A DNA stretch of 64,000 nucleotides. It comes from Candidatus Micrarchaeia archaeon (GTDB lineage Archaea > Micrarchaeota > Micrarchaeia > Burarchaeales > Fermentimicrarchaeaceae). The DNA lies in NCBI GenBank assembly GCA_038871515.1, contig JAVZHX010000001.1, positions 448,001-512,000 on the forward strand, in the 5' to 3' direction. Each line of letters starts with the position of its first letter. Positions within the stretch are counted from its first letter, which is position 1. Positions 17,829-26,594 of this stretch are shown piece by piece. The position numbers were made by a program, and so were the translations under genes. Below the pieces are notes generated by a model that searched no databases, was not told the origin of the DNA, and saw only the letters and a list, made by a program, of their open reading frames with translations.

Positions 17829-20800
17829 AACCGCTCACTCTTTTTGTGTAATAACTAAGCGGCTCAACTCTCATTCCCCTCCTCTTCACACACCCAATCG
17901 CATCAGCAATTCCAAAAGCTGCCTCAACGCTTGTTATGCAAGGAACATTCGCCTCAATCGCACACCTTCTTATCCTAAACCCATCTGTTGCCGCATTTCT
18001 TCCCTTGCTTGGGGTGTTGATAACAATGCTCACCTCTCCTCCAAGAATTTTCGTTGCAACATTTGGCTCACCCTCACTGCTTTTTTTAACAACTTCAACA
18101 GAAATTCCCCTGATTGCTTCAGCAGTTCCTTTTGTTGCCAGCACCTCAAACCCAAGTTTGTTGAACCTTTCAGCAAGCCTCCTCGCATACTTCTTATCCT
18201 CATCCCTCAAACTCAGAACAACTCTCCCGCTTGTATAAATACTCGCATTCGCTCCCAGCAGCGCTTTGTAATACGCCCCTCCAAACTCCCTATCAACCCC
18301 CATGTTCTCTCCAGTGCTTTTCATCTCAGGCCCTAAAACAAAATCTGTTCCAGGCAGTTTCAAGAAGGGAAAAACAACGCTTTTCACCGCGTAGTAAGGA
18401 AGCTTTGGTGTTTCCCTCAAACCAAACTCATCAAGCTCATGCCCAAGCGCAACCTTTGTTGCAATCTTTGCGAGTGGTACCCCAGTTGCCTTGCTCAGAA
18501 ATGGAACAGTTCTGCTCGCCCTTGGGTTTGCCTCAAGCACAAAAACCCTATCACCTTGCACTGCAAATTGTATGTTAATTGCCCCAATGTTTTTCAATGC
18601 AGAGGAAATCTTTTTTGAATACTCAACTATCCTTTTCTGAATTTTTTCACTCAGTTTCACAGGTGGAGTTACACAGCTCGCATCCCCAGAGTGAACCCCT
18701 GCTTTTTCAACATGCTCCATTATACCTGCGATGAACAATCTTTTTCTATCAGAGACTCCATCAATTTCACATTCAACTGCATCCTCAACGTATTTATCAA
18801 TGAGCACAGGTTTTCTTTCAGAAACATCAATTGCCTCGTGCATATATCTGCTCAGCTCCTCAGCGTTGTAAACAATCTGCATCCCTCTCCCTGCAATCAC
18901 ATAGCTTGGCCTTACAACAACAGGGTAGCCAACTTTCTCAGCAACCTCAAACGCTTCCTCAAAACTTCGCGCACTCCCATTCCTTGGCTGCGGTATACAA
19001 AGCTCCTTCAAAAGTTTTCTGAATCTTTCCCTATCCTCCGCAATATCTATTCCCTCCATTCCTGTCCCAAGTATCTTAACTCCTTCCTCCGCAAGAGGAA
19101 CTGCCAGGTTTATGCTTGTCTGCCCGCCAAACTGAACTATCACTCCATCAGGCTCCTCCTTTTCAATTATATTCATCACATCCTCAAAAGTCAGCGGTTC
19201 AAAGTAAAGCTTATCGCTTGCATCAAAATCCGTGCTCACTGTCTCCGGGTTGTTGTTTATCATTATTGACTGAACACCCTCCTCCCTTAAGGCAAATGAA
19301 GCATGGCAGCAGCAATAGTCAAACTCAATTCCCTGCCCAATTCTTATTGGGCCAGCCCCAATCACAATCACCTTTCTAACTCCCTTTGGGTTCGCTTCAT
19401 CCTCCTCCCCATACGTTGAATAGTAGTAAGGAGTTGATGCCTCAAACTCGGCAGCGCACGTATCAACAATTCTGTAAACAGGCTTCATTCCAAGCAGCTT
19501 TCTCCTTCTTCTCACCTCAACTTCCTCTGAATGAATAATATTTGCAATCTGTCTATCTGAAAAGCCAGCTCTTTTTGCTTTAAGGAGAAGTTCAGGTTTA
19601 TCATATAACCTCTTTCCAGCCTTCCTAACCTTTCTCTCTACCTCAAGAATATTTTTGATTTTATTTATGAACCAAACATTAATCCCAGAAAGCTCAGAAA
19701 TTCTCTCTGGTTTAACCCCGTGCTTAAGAGCAGCGTATATCGCAAACAGCCTCATATCAGTTGGCTCCTTTATCTGCTCAAAAATTTCATTCAAACTTCC
19801 GAAGTTATTTTCAGACAAACCACTTCTCCTTATCTCCAAGCTTCTCACTGCTTTCTGAAGCGCCTCCTCAAAACTTCTCCCAATCGCCATAACCTCTCCA
19901 GTGCTTTTCATCTGCGTGCCTATTCTTCTATCCGCTTCGGGCATCTTGTCAAATGGCCAGCGCGGTATTTTCACAACCACATAATCCAGCGCAGGCTCAA
20001 AGCTTGCAGGCGTTTTCTTTGTCACTGCATTTGGAATTTCATCAAGAGTGTAGCCAATTGCAATTTTTGCAGCAACCCTCGCAATTGGATAGCCAGTTGC
20101 TTTGCTTGCAAGAGCAGAGCTTCTTGAGAGACGGGGGTTCACCTCAATTACATAATACTCACCAGTTTTTTGGTTGAGGGCGAACTGAATGTTACATCCT
20201 CCCCTTATATTCAAAGCATTGATTATTTTCAGAGAAGCACTCCTCAGCATCTGATGATCGTCGTTGGAAAGAGTTTGAGAGGGAGCAACAACAATGCTCT
20301 CGCCAGTATGAATTCCCATCGGGTCAATATTCTCCATATTGCAAACAGCTATGCAGTTTCCTTTTGAATCTCTCAGAACCTCATACTCAAACTCCCCCCA
20401 ACCAACAACACTTTCCTCAATAAGCACCTGCCCAATTCTGCTCAGCCTCATCCCCAGTTTCATTTTCTCAATCAACTCCTCCTCATTATAAACAACACCC
20501 CCTCCAGTTCCACCAAGAGTGTAAGCCGGCCTTAGAATTAAGGGATAGCTATGGGCTCTTGCAAACTCAACAGCCTCCTCCACGCTGTTTGCTGCAACAC
20601 TGTCCAAAACAGGCTCATTTATCCTATGCATAAGCTCAGCAAATTTACCCCTTTCAGAGGCGGTTTCTATCGCATCAACTCCCGTCCCCAGAACTTCAAC
20701 TCCAAAATGCTTCAGAAAACCTCTTTCATACAGCTGCATTGTCAAATTCAAACCAGTCTGCCCACCCATCGTCCCAATAATTCCATCAGGCCTCTCCCTC

Positions 20801-21036
20801 TCAATTATTTTTGCAAGCACCCCTGCTCTGAGAGGCTCGATGTAAACCGCATCTGCAATTTCATAATCAGTTTGAATTGTTGCCGGGTTGGAGTTTACCA
20901 GAATAACTTTTATTCCTTCTTCCCTCAGCGCTCGGCACGCCTGGGAGCCAGAGTAATCAAACTCAGCAGCCTGCCCAATAACAATTGGACCGCTTCCTAC
21001 CACAAGCACCTTTTTCAACTCCTCCCTTCTTGGCAT
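17821..21036 (-). CDS. carB: Carbamoyl-phosphate synthase large subunit
   Basis: GSGPIVIGQAAEFDYSG, IEVNPRLSRSSALASKATG, GPIRIGQGIEFDY; full length 1071 aa. Confidence 0.97.
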   Translation of the reverse strand: MPRREELKKVLVVGSGPIVIGQAAEFDYSGSQACRALREEGIKVILVNSNPATIQTDYEIADAVYIEPLRAGVLAKIIERERPDGIIGTMGGQTGLNLTMQLYERGFLKHFGVEVLGTGVDAIETASERGKFAELMHRINEPVLDSVAANSVEEAVEFARAHSYPLILRPAYTLGGTGGGVVYNEEELIEKMKLGMRLSRIGQVLIEESVVGWGEFEYEVLRDSKGNCIAVCNMENIDPMGIHTGESIVVAPSQTLSNDDHQMLRSASLKIINALNIRGGCNIQFALNQKTGEYYVIEVNPRLSRSSALASKATGYPIARVAAKIAIGYTLDEIPNAVTKKTPASFEPALDYVVVKIPRWPFDKMPEADRRIGTQMKSTGEVMAIGRSFEEALQKAVRSLEIRRSGLSENNFGSLNEIFEQIKEPTDMRLFAIYAALKHGVKPERISELSGINVWFINKIKNILEVERKVRKAGKRLYDKPELLLKAKRAGFSDRQIANIIHSEEVEVRRRRKLLGMKPVYRIVDTCAAEFEASTPYYYSTYGEEDEANPKGVRKVIVIGAGPIRIGQGIEFDYCCCHASFALREEGVQSIMINNNPETVSTDFDASDKLYFEPLTFEDVMNIIEKEEPDGVIVQFGGQTSINLAVPLAEEGVKILGTGMEGIDIAEDRERFRKLLKELCIPQPRNGSARSFEEAFEVAEKVGYPVVVRPSYVIAGRGMQIVYNAEELSRYMHEAIDVSERKPVLIDKYVEDAVECEIDGVSDRKRLFIAGIMEHVEKAGVHSGDASCVTPPVKLSEKIQKRIVEYSKKISSALKNIGAINIQFAVQGDRVFVLEANPRASRTVPFLSKATGVPLAKIATKVALGHELDEFGLRETPKLPYYAVKSVVFPFLKLPGTDFVLGPEMKSTGENMGVDREFGGAYYKALLGANASIYTSGRVVLSLRDEDKKYARRLAERFNKLGFEVLATKGTAEAIRGISVEVVKKSSEGEPNVATKILGGEVSIVINTPSKGRNAATDGFRIRRCAIEANVPCITSVEAAFGIADAIGCVKRRGMRVEPLSYYTKRVSGYG

Positions 21037-21140
21037 TCAAGCTCACCCAGAGAGAAAGCTAGATGGAGTAAACCAATCAAAAACAGCAAAAACTTCTTCT
21101 CCTGCAGAAAAACCCACCAGAACTTTGAATGCTGCTCTTT

Positions 21141-22512
21141 TTAAACTTTGTGTTGCTTCAAATGCTGCTTTGCAACGAATTCTGAAATAATTTCCTTTAC
21201 TCCATAACTCCCCTTCTCCTTCAACTCATACTTCGCTCTCACAACTGGCTTGTTCACAACAATCAATCTTCTCAAATCAATTGGGGTTGCAGCCAGCACA
21301 GCATCACAGTCAGCCGAGTTGATCGTTGCTTCCAATTCCCTGATCTGCTTCATCCCGTATCCCATTGCAGGGAGCACATTGCTCAGATGAGAATACTTCT
21401 GAAATGTTTTCTTAATTGAGCCAACCGCGTACTTTCTTGGATCAACAATTTCCTTTGCGCCAATTCTCTTCGCAGCAACAAACCCTGCCCCGTAATTCAT
21501 CTCCCCATGAGTTACTGTTGGACCATCCTCAACAACCAGAACTCTTCTTCCCTTCACCATGCTTGGGTTATCAACAGTTATCTCAGAGTCTGCCTCAATA
21601 ACTTTTGCACGTGGGTTCAACATACTGACATTTTTCTTCACAACTTCAATACTCTCTTTGCTTGCGCTGTCAACTTTGTTTATTATAATAACATCCGCCA
21701 ACCTCACATTTGTCTCCCCAGGGTAGTAAAGAAGCTCATGCCCCGCCCTGTGCGGGTCTGCAACAACAATACTCAAATCCGGCTTTATGAAAGGAGCATC
21801 ATTGTTCCCTCCATCCCAAACAATCGCATCTGCTTCCTTCTCTGCTTCCCTCAAAATTCTCTCGTAATCAACCCCTGCAAAAACAACCGTTCCATTATCA
21901 ATATGTGGCTCGTACTCCTCCCTCTCCTCAATTGTTGTTTTATACCTATCCAAATCCTCATACGTTTCAAACCTCTGCCAAATCTGCTCCTTTAAATCAC
22001 CATACGGCATCGGATGCCTTATCGCAACAACCCTTAAACCATTCTCCTTCAAAACTCTGCAAACCTTTCTTGAAGTCTGGCTTTTGCCACAGCCAGTTCT
22101 CACAGCACAAACAGAAATAACTGGCTTGGTTGACTTCAGCATAGTTCTCTCGCAACCAATCAATTTGAAATCCGCACCAGCTGCATTTGCTATGCTTGCT
22201 TTATGCATCACTTCAACGTAACTCAAATCACTATACGCCAAATCAACCTGATTCACATTATACTCCTTAATCAACTTTGGAAGCTCCTCCTCCGCGTAAA
22301 TCCTTATTCCATTCGGGTAGTTCTTGCCCGCCAGCTCAGGTGGGTAGACCCTCCCCTCGATATCTGGTATCTGCGCAGCTGTGAAAGCAACCACCTCATA
22401 TCTGTCGTCATTCCTGTACAGGACGTTGAAGTTGTGGAATTCGCGGACTGAAAACTTAAGTTTTTAGTCAATCGCGACCTGCGGCTCCAATAATTATTAC
22501 TCTAGTTTTCAT
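21141..22512 (-). CDS. COG2403 cDPG-synthetase-like P-loop protein, arginine-synthetase-like; split gene with exon 1 at 22512-22471 and exon 2 at 22439-21141 (446 aa spliced)
   Basis: Exon 1 MKTRVIIIGAAGRD joined to exon 2 FHNFNVLYRNDDRYEVVAFTAAQIP gives the family N-terminus. Also AVRTGCGKSQT, RHPMPYG, WDGGNND, VEDGPT. GGAGGT RBS precedes the ATG at 22512. Confidence 0.88.
22440..22470 (-). other. Candidate 31-nt BHB intron in an mRNA
   Basis: Minus strand reads CGCG-AT^T-GACTAAAAAC-TTAA-GTTTTCAGTC-CGCG-AA^T. It has a 4-bp central helix, two 3-nt bulges and a 9/10-bp inner stem; BHB cuts restore the reading frame. Confidence 0.82.
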
Positions 22513-23420
22513 ACACTAACCTCCCCCAATATATCTAACAATTTTTTACCCTTTCTAGATAGTCCATAAATCTTTGGCTTTTTATTTAATATATTTACTA
22601 AACCCAATTTAAAATCTTTGCTAAGTGCCTCTCTAACAGACCAATGAGACCTATTAACTGATTTGGCTAGATCAAAAATGCCTTTAGGACCATCCTCTAA
22701 TGCACTCCAGTATCTTACATGTGATCTCGTGTACTCTTTTTTCAAATACGAGTTAATAAAATCCCTGCGTTTATTTTTATGAGAACTAAAATGTCCGTCT
22801 ATTATAAACTCTGTCATTAAATTAACTCCACAAACTTCTATTTCAAAACAACTTTTATTTACTCTAACTCTAGGTCTTTTGCCATAATACGCCTCAAATA
22901 TTTTTACTATCAAATCTTTATTTACTTCACTTTTTGTCGTAAATGCAATACCATACAAAAATCCTTTTCTTCGTATAATCGATCCATCCCCAACTCCATA
23001 ACCTTCTAAAAACGATAATGAAAGAGACCTAACCTTTAAAATTCTTCGTGAGAACTCTTCTAATAATCTATTAAAGAATTCAGAAAAATACCTGCTATTA
23101 AGTCTTAATTCAATATTATCCTCTCTTGCTAATCTATTATACAAAACATTAATGACATCTAAACCTAATGAAGCTTTCCATCTAACTTTTACATCATCTA
23201 AATTTTTATTAGAAGTTTTTACATGAACTCTCCACAAATTTTTATCTATTTTAAAAATCTCCTCCATAATCATCTTAAATCTTTTAATCAGATCTACATT
23301 GCAATTAGAAACTCCGATGTAGTCCTTTGTTTTATTCCCTTCAGCAAGGTAGAATCCAATACACCAAGCTAGGTTTTCGTCTAAATCCAACGAAACTGGT
23401 ACAGTAACTTTATTAACCAT
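22509..23420 (-). CDS. Free-standing two-motif LAGLIDADG endonuclease with a C-terminal wHTH
   Basis: LAWCIGFYLAEG and FLEGYGVGDGS motifs, IGVSN...LI..F, C-terminal IFDLAKSVNRSHWSVREAL...GLV...Y.LS.KG; visibly AT-richer than neighbours; no intein or intron context. Confidence 0.82.
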   Translation of the reverse strand: MVNKVTVPVSLDLDENLAWCIGFYLAEGNKTKDYIGVSNCNVDLIKRFKMIMEEIFKIDKNLWRVHVKTSNKNLDDVKVRWKASLGLDVINVLYNRLAREDNIELRLNSRYFSEFFNRLLEEFSRRILKVRSLSLSFLEGYGVGDGSIIRRKGFLYGIAFTTKSEVNKDLIVKIFEAYYGKRPRVRVNKSCFEIEVCGVNLMTEFIIDGHFSSHKNKRRDFINSYLKKEYTRSHVRYWSALEDGPKGIFDLAKSVNRSHWSVREALSKDFKLGLVNILNKKPKIYGLSRKGKKLLDILGEVSV

Positions 23421-23454
23421 TCTAACACCAGCAGATGTTATTTAAGTCTACTTC

Positions 23455-23473
23455 TCTCCTTATAAACCCTTTC
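23455..23473 (-). promoter_or_regulatory. BRE/TATA promoter candidate for the endonuclease-COG2403-carB-carA run
   Basis: Minus strand GAAAGGGTTTATAAGG about 40 nt upstream of the ATG at 23420. Confidence 0.5.
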
Positions 23474-23559
23474 AGGGGGAGTAAATTTCCAGTGAAGTTG
23501 ATTGGTGTGAAGTCTGTTGGAGTGAAACGCATATTAACTCAGAATGAGTAAAAACAAAT

Positions 23560-24654
23560 ATGGAAAAGAAGCTTACGGGAGAGGAAGGAATTAAGGAGGC
23601 GGTTGCTCCCTACGGCCCTGCGGAAAGCAAACTTACAAACAAACTTGGGGAGAGGAGGCTTGAACTTCTGGAAGCTACAAGAAAAACCATCAACCCACGC
23701 AGAGAGGATATAACAGTTTTCTACCCTGCTTCTGGGCCAGACGTTGCAAATGCTCTTCTCGCAACAGACGCAAAGAAACTCATCCTTGTTGACAGAGACC
23801 CACACGGAGTTAACATACTTAAGGAAATAAAGGAGATTGGGGGGGAAGTTACCAATGTTTTTCAAATAGGAAACAAAACAGAGTTTGACTTTGTTTGGAA
23901 TGGTAAAAACAGAAAACTGATTTTCCATAACTTAGAAATAAACGGAGAATCAGTTGACAAACTGCTTGCGGAAGTTGGGCAGTATGACGTTTACTTTGAA
24001 AAGAAATCTCAAGGATTTAGCTCAGAAGTTGCTGAGAAATTTTTAACAAACCTCAAAGTAAATGGCTACACAGTAACCGATTTTGAAATTGACAGCCACA
24101 TTGGGTTTGAAAAATGCAAGCTTGATGATAAGTTTGAAACAGAGCAGTATAAATACGGAAACTACCGGATGAACATACACCGCAAGCGCGCTCACCTGAA
24201 GGGAATGGGGCTGAGGATGCACCTCAACAAAGTTCTGTTTGACGCAGAGCACCTAAGAAACGGTGGTTATATTGGAATAGATGATTATGCTTGGGAAACA
24301 ACTTTCAAAACATACCGAGAAAAATTGGAGGAGCTGAAAAAAACTTTTGAATTGCTTCCAGCTGAAACTAAAGAAGAAGTTGAGGAGAAAAGCAAGGTGA
24401 GGGAGGAGATAATCAACAGACTATTCAACGCAAAGGGAGAAATGTCAAAAGTTCACAACTCACCAGAAAACCTTGAAAAGCAGCTTCAACACCTAATTGA
24501 GAAAAGAGCGCTTTCATTTGAAGCACACGAGCTTTTTGTTTCAAGGATAAGGGAGGCGTATGAGTCACCCAACCGACCCACAGAGCAGCAGCTTGAAAGA
24601 TTTATAGAAGAAGGAAAAAAAGTTTTCAAAGAAGTTTTTCCAGAGTGGGTTTAA
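23560..24654 (+). CDS. Hypothetical protein with a possible SAM-methyltransferase-like N-terminal domain
   Basis: VFYPASGPD...LILVD and YDVYFEK resemble class I MTase motifs; helical C-terminus. Confidence 0.5.
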   Translation: MEKKLTGEEGIKEAVAPYGPAESKLTNKLGERRLELLEATRKTINPRREDITVFYPASGPDVANALLATDAKKLILVDRDPHGVNILKEIKEIGGEVTNVFQIGNKTEFDFVWNGKNRKLIFHNLEINGESVDKLLAEVGQYDVYFEKKSQGFSSEVAEKFLTNLKVNGYTVTDFEIDSHIGFEKCKLDDKFETEQYKYGNYRMNIHRKRAHLKGMGLRMHLNKVLFDAEHLRNGGYIGIDDYAWETTFKTYREKLEELKKTFELLPAETKEEVEEKSKVREEIINRLFNAKGEMSKVHNSPENLEKQLQHLIEKRALSFEAHELFVSRIREAYESPNRPTEQQLERFIEEGKKVFKEVFPEWV

Positions 24655-25076
24655 GCAGCTCCTTTCTCAGGCTTCTTCTGCTTTTTCTCCTCAGGCGCCA
24701 TCTGCACCCTTACCCTTGGGAGCTGCATTGGCGGGCTTAGCCTAACTGGCTGAACAACAAAAGTGCCATTCACTCCGCATGTATAGTTTATTGTGTTCAG
24801 CACAACTTCAGCAAAATCCTCAGGCAGTTTCTTTGTTTTCTTCCACATATCCTCAATTGCCTTTGCTTTCTCCCTCTCCTCGCTTGCATAAAGCACTCCA
24901 ACAATTTTCAGATTCCCTATATTCTCCTGATACTCAACAAGGAAGGTATACTGCACGGTTATCTCATCTCCCTTCACAACCAAATCATCTATCCCTATGT
25001 TTATGTTCATTCCGCTCACTGGCCCTTCCTTATCTCTCCTCGCTTCCACATGCACAATTTTTCCACCAGTTATCAC
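24651..25076 (-). CDS. Hypothetical archaeal protein
   Basis: 141-aa ORF with AGGTGA RBS, co-oriented with the upstream hydrolase; ends LSPPMQLPRV. Confidence 0.65.
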   Translation of the reverse strand: MITGGKIVHVEARRDKEGPVSGMNINIGIDDLVVKGDEITVQYTFLVEYQENIGNLKIVGVLYASEEREKAKAIEDMWKKTKKLPEDFAEVVLNTINYTCGVNGTFVVQPVRLSPPMQLPRVRVQMAPEEKKQKKPEKGAA

Positions 25077-25085
25077 TTTCTCACC

Positions 25086-25754
25086 TCATATTTCTATCAT
25101 ATCGCCAGCTTTCATAACAATTGGTTTTACCTTATCAGTGTCAACTCCCCTCACAAAATCGCTGACGCTTTGCTTTATTCTCTCAAAAGTATTATAATGC
25201 ATCGGTATAACATACCTGCACTTCAGCTCTTTCACTGCTTTGTGGGCTGAGTAAATATCCATTGTGTATGTGCCGCCAATTGGAATCAGCGCGTAATCTG
25301 CTTCTATATCAAACATCCCCCCAAACTCGTATGTGTCACCTGCATGGTAAATGCTTTTTCCACCTTTCTTTATTATATAACCAACAGGATACTCTGACTG
25401 AGGATGAACTGCTTTCACAACTTTTACCTCAACTCCTTTAACAACGAACTCCTCCCCAACAGAAACAGCCATTCTATTCGAGCTTGGAATTTCCAGTTCT
25501 TTCAGCACCTGTTTTGGGGCAATAACTGTTGCATTTGTTTTTGCAACAATTCTCTCAACAGTGCTTTTCTCAAAATGATCCTTGTGCTCATGCGTTATCA
25601 TCACCAAATCTGCTTTGTCAATTTCATCTACTTTCAGGGGTGGTTTCACTCTGCACTCCATCTCCTTCCACTCCAAAACAGGGTCTATGTAAATAACGCT
25701 TCCCCCAATCTCTATCTCAAACCCAGAGTGGCCAAGATACCAGATATGCCCCAT
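25086..25754 (-). CDS. Metal-dependent hydrolase, MBL fold (UPF0173-like)
   Basis: YLGHSGF, IYIDP, THEHKDH, YHAGDT, PIGGTYTM, IPMHYNTF. Confidence 0.88.
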   Translation of the reverse strand: MGHIWYLGHSGFEIEIGGSVIYIDPVLEWKEMECRVKPPLKVDEIDKADLVMITHEHKDHFEKSTVERIVAKTNATVIAPKQVLKELEIPSSNRMAVSVGEEFVVKGVEVKVVKAVHPQSEYPVGYIIKKGGKSIYHAGDTYEFGGMFDIEADYALIPIGGTYTMDIYSAHKAVKELKCRYVIPMHYNTFERIKQSVSDFVRGVDTDKVKPIVMKAGDMIEI

Positions 25755-25817
25755 CCGCTCCCCTTTATCTATAAAGTAGGTTGAAAATTTAAATATACCT
25801 ACTGTTTAATCAATCTC

Positions 25818-26591
25818 ATGAGAAAAACAACCATATTTATACTGCTCCTGCTAACGCTTGTTGCAAGAGCGGACTTTCATGATTTGTCGCTGAGCGTTAC
25901 TGTGAAAATTCAAACAAATGGCTCTGCAGAGGTGACAGAATTGATAAAACTCGGGGTTGACCCCGGTTCAACAGATTTATACAACAGAAGCATATACGCC
26001 AGAGAGCTTACAATAATGGATTGGCAGCAGACAACAAAAAGCGAGTATTTGAGACAGCATATCATCTCCTCTTCGCCAGCAAGAAATATGAGGATAACTC
26101 CGCAGGATTTGGAAACATATTCTTTCGTAACACAATCAACAGCAATTATAAAACTGGAGTATGAAGTTGATGGAGTTGTGATGGTTAATCACACTGGCCC
26201 AAGAACAATTACTTATACTCTCAATAAAGCTGCTCTTTCTTTCCAACCATCACCAAGCGGACCTGTGCTTCCAAGAAACAATGAGCTTACAATTATAATA
26301 CCGCCAGATGCAGTTGTCACATCCCTCTACCCTGACCCAACAGAGCCAGAGGTGAAAAGAAACTACCTCAACCAAGTTTTAGGGGTGAGCAACTTCACTT
26401 GGAAGGGAACAGTGCCACTTATGGAGTTCACTCTTGTGTTCACAAGGGAGGAGCCAATAGATGTTGAGGTGAGGAGGTTCTTTGAGGAAGTGGCAGCCTC
26501 ATTCATAGCATTCTCGCTTTCACTGCCAGGCGCGGTAGTTCTGCTCCTCCTGCTTGCTTTCGTAGTTCTTATGGCTATGCGCAAGAGGTAA
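25818..26591 (+). CDS. Secreted/membrane-anchored hypothetical protein
   Basis: N-terminal signal-like segment, beta-rich body, C-terminal TM followed by RKR. Confidence 0.7.
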   Translation: MRKTTIFILLLLTLVARADFHDLSLSVTVKIQTNGSAEVTELIKLGVDPGSTDLYNRSIYARELTIMDWQQTTKSEYLRQHIISSSPARNMRITPQDLETYSFVTQSTAIIKLEYEVDGVVMVNHTGPRTITYTLNKAALSFQPSPSGPVLPRNNELTIIIPPDAVVTSLYPDPTEPEVKRNYLNQVLGVSNFTWKGTVPLMEFTLVFTREEPIDVEVRRFFEEVAASFIAFSLSLPGAVVLLLLLAFVVLMAMRKR

Positions 26592-26594
26592 AAA

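Noticed and set aside
21141..22394. ORF-track call of a 417-aa protein starting at GTG 22394
   Set aside because: It omits the conserved N-terminal GAAGRDFHNFN motif, which is present upstream in two pieces with a proper ATG and RBS; the spliced model explains the sequence better.
22509..23420. Endonuclease as an intein or as a group I/BHB intron-encoded ORF
   Set aside because: It has its own start and stop, no C/S...HN splice termini, and lies wholly upstream of the host start codon. I saw no flanking exon or intron core around it.
23486..23498. ORB-like TTTCCAGTGAAG
   Set aside because: Single partial match about 9 kb from cdc6; insufficient evidence.
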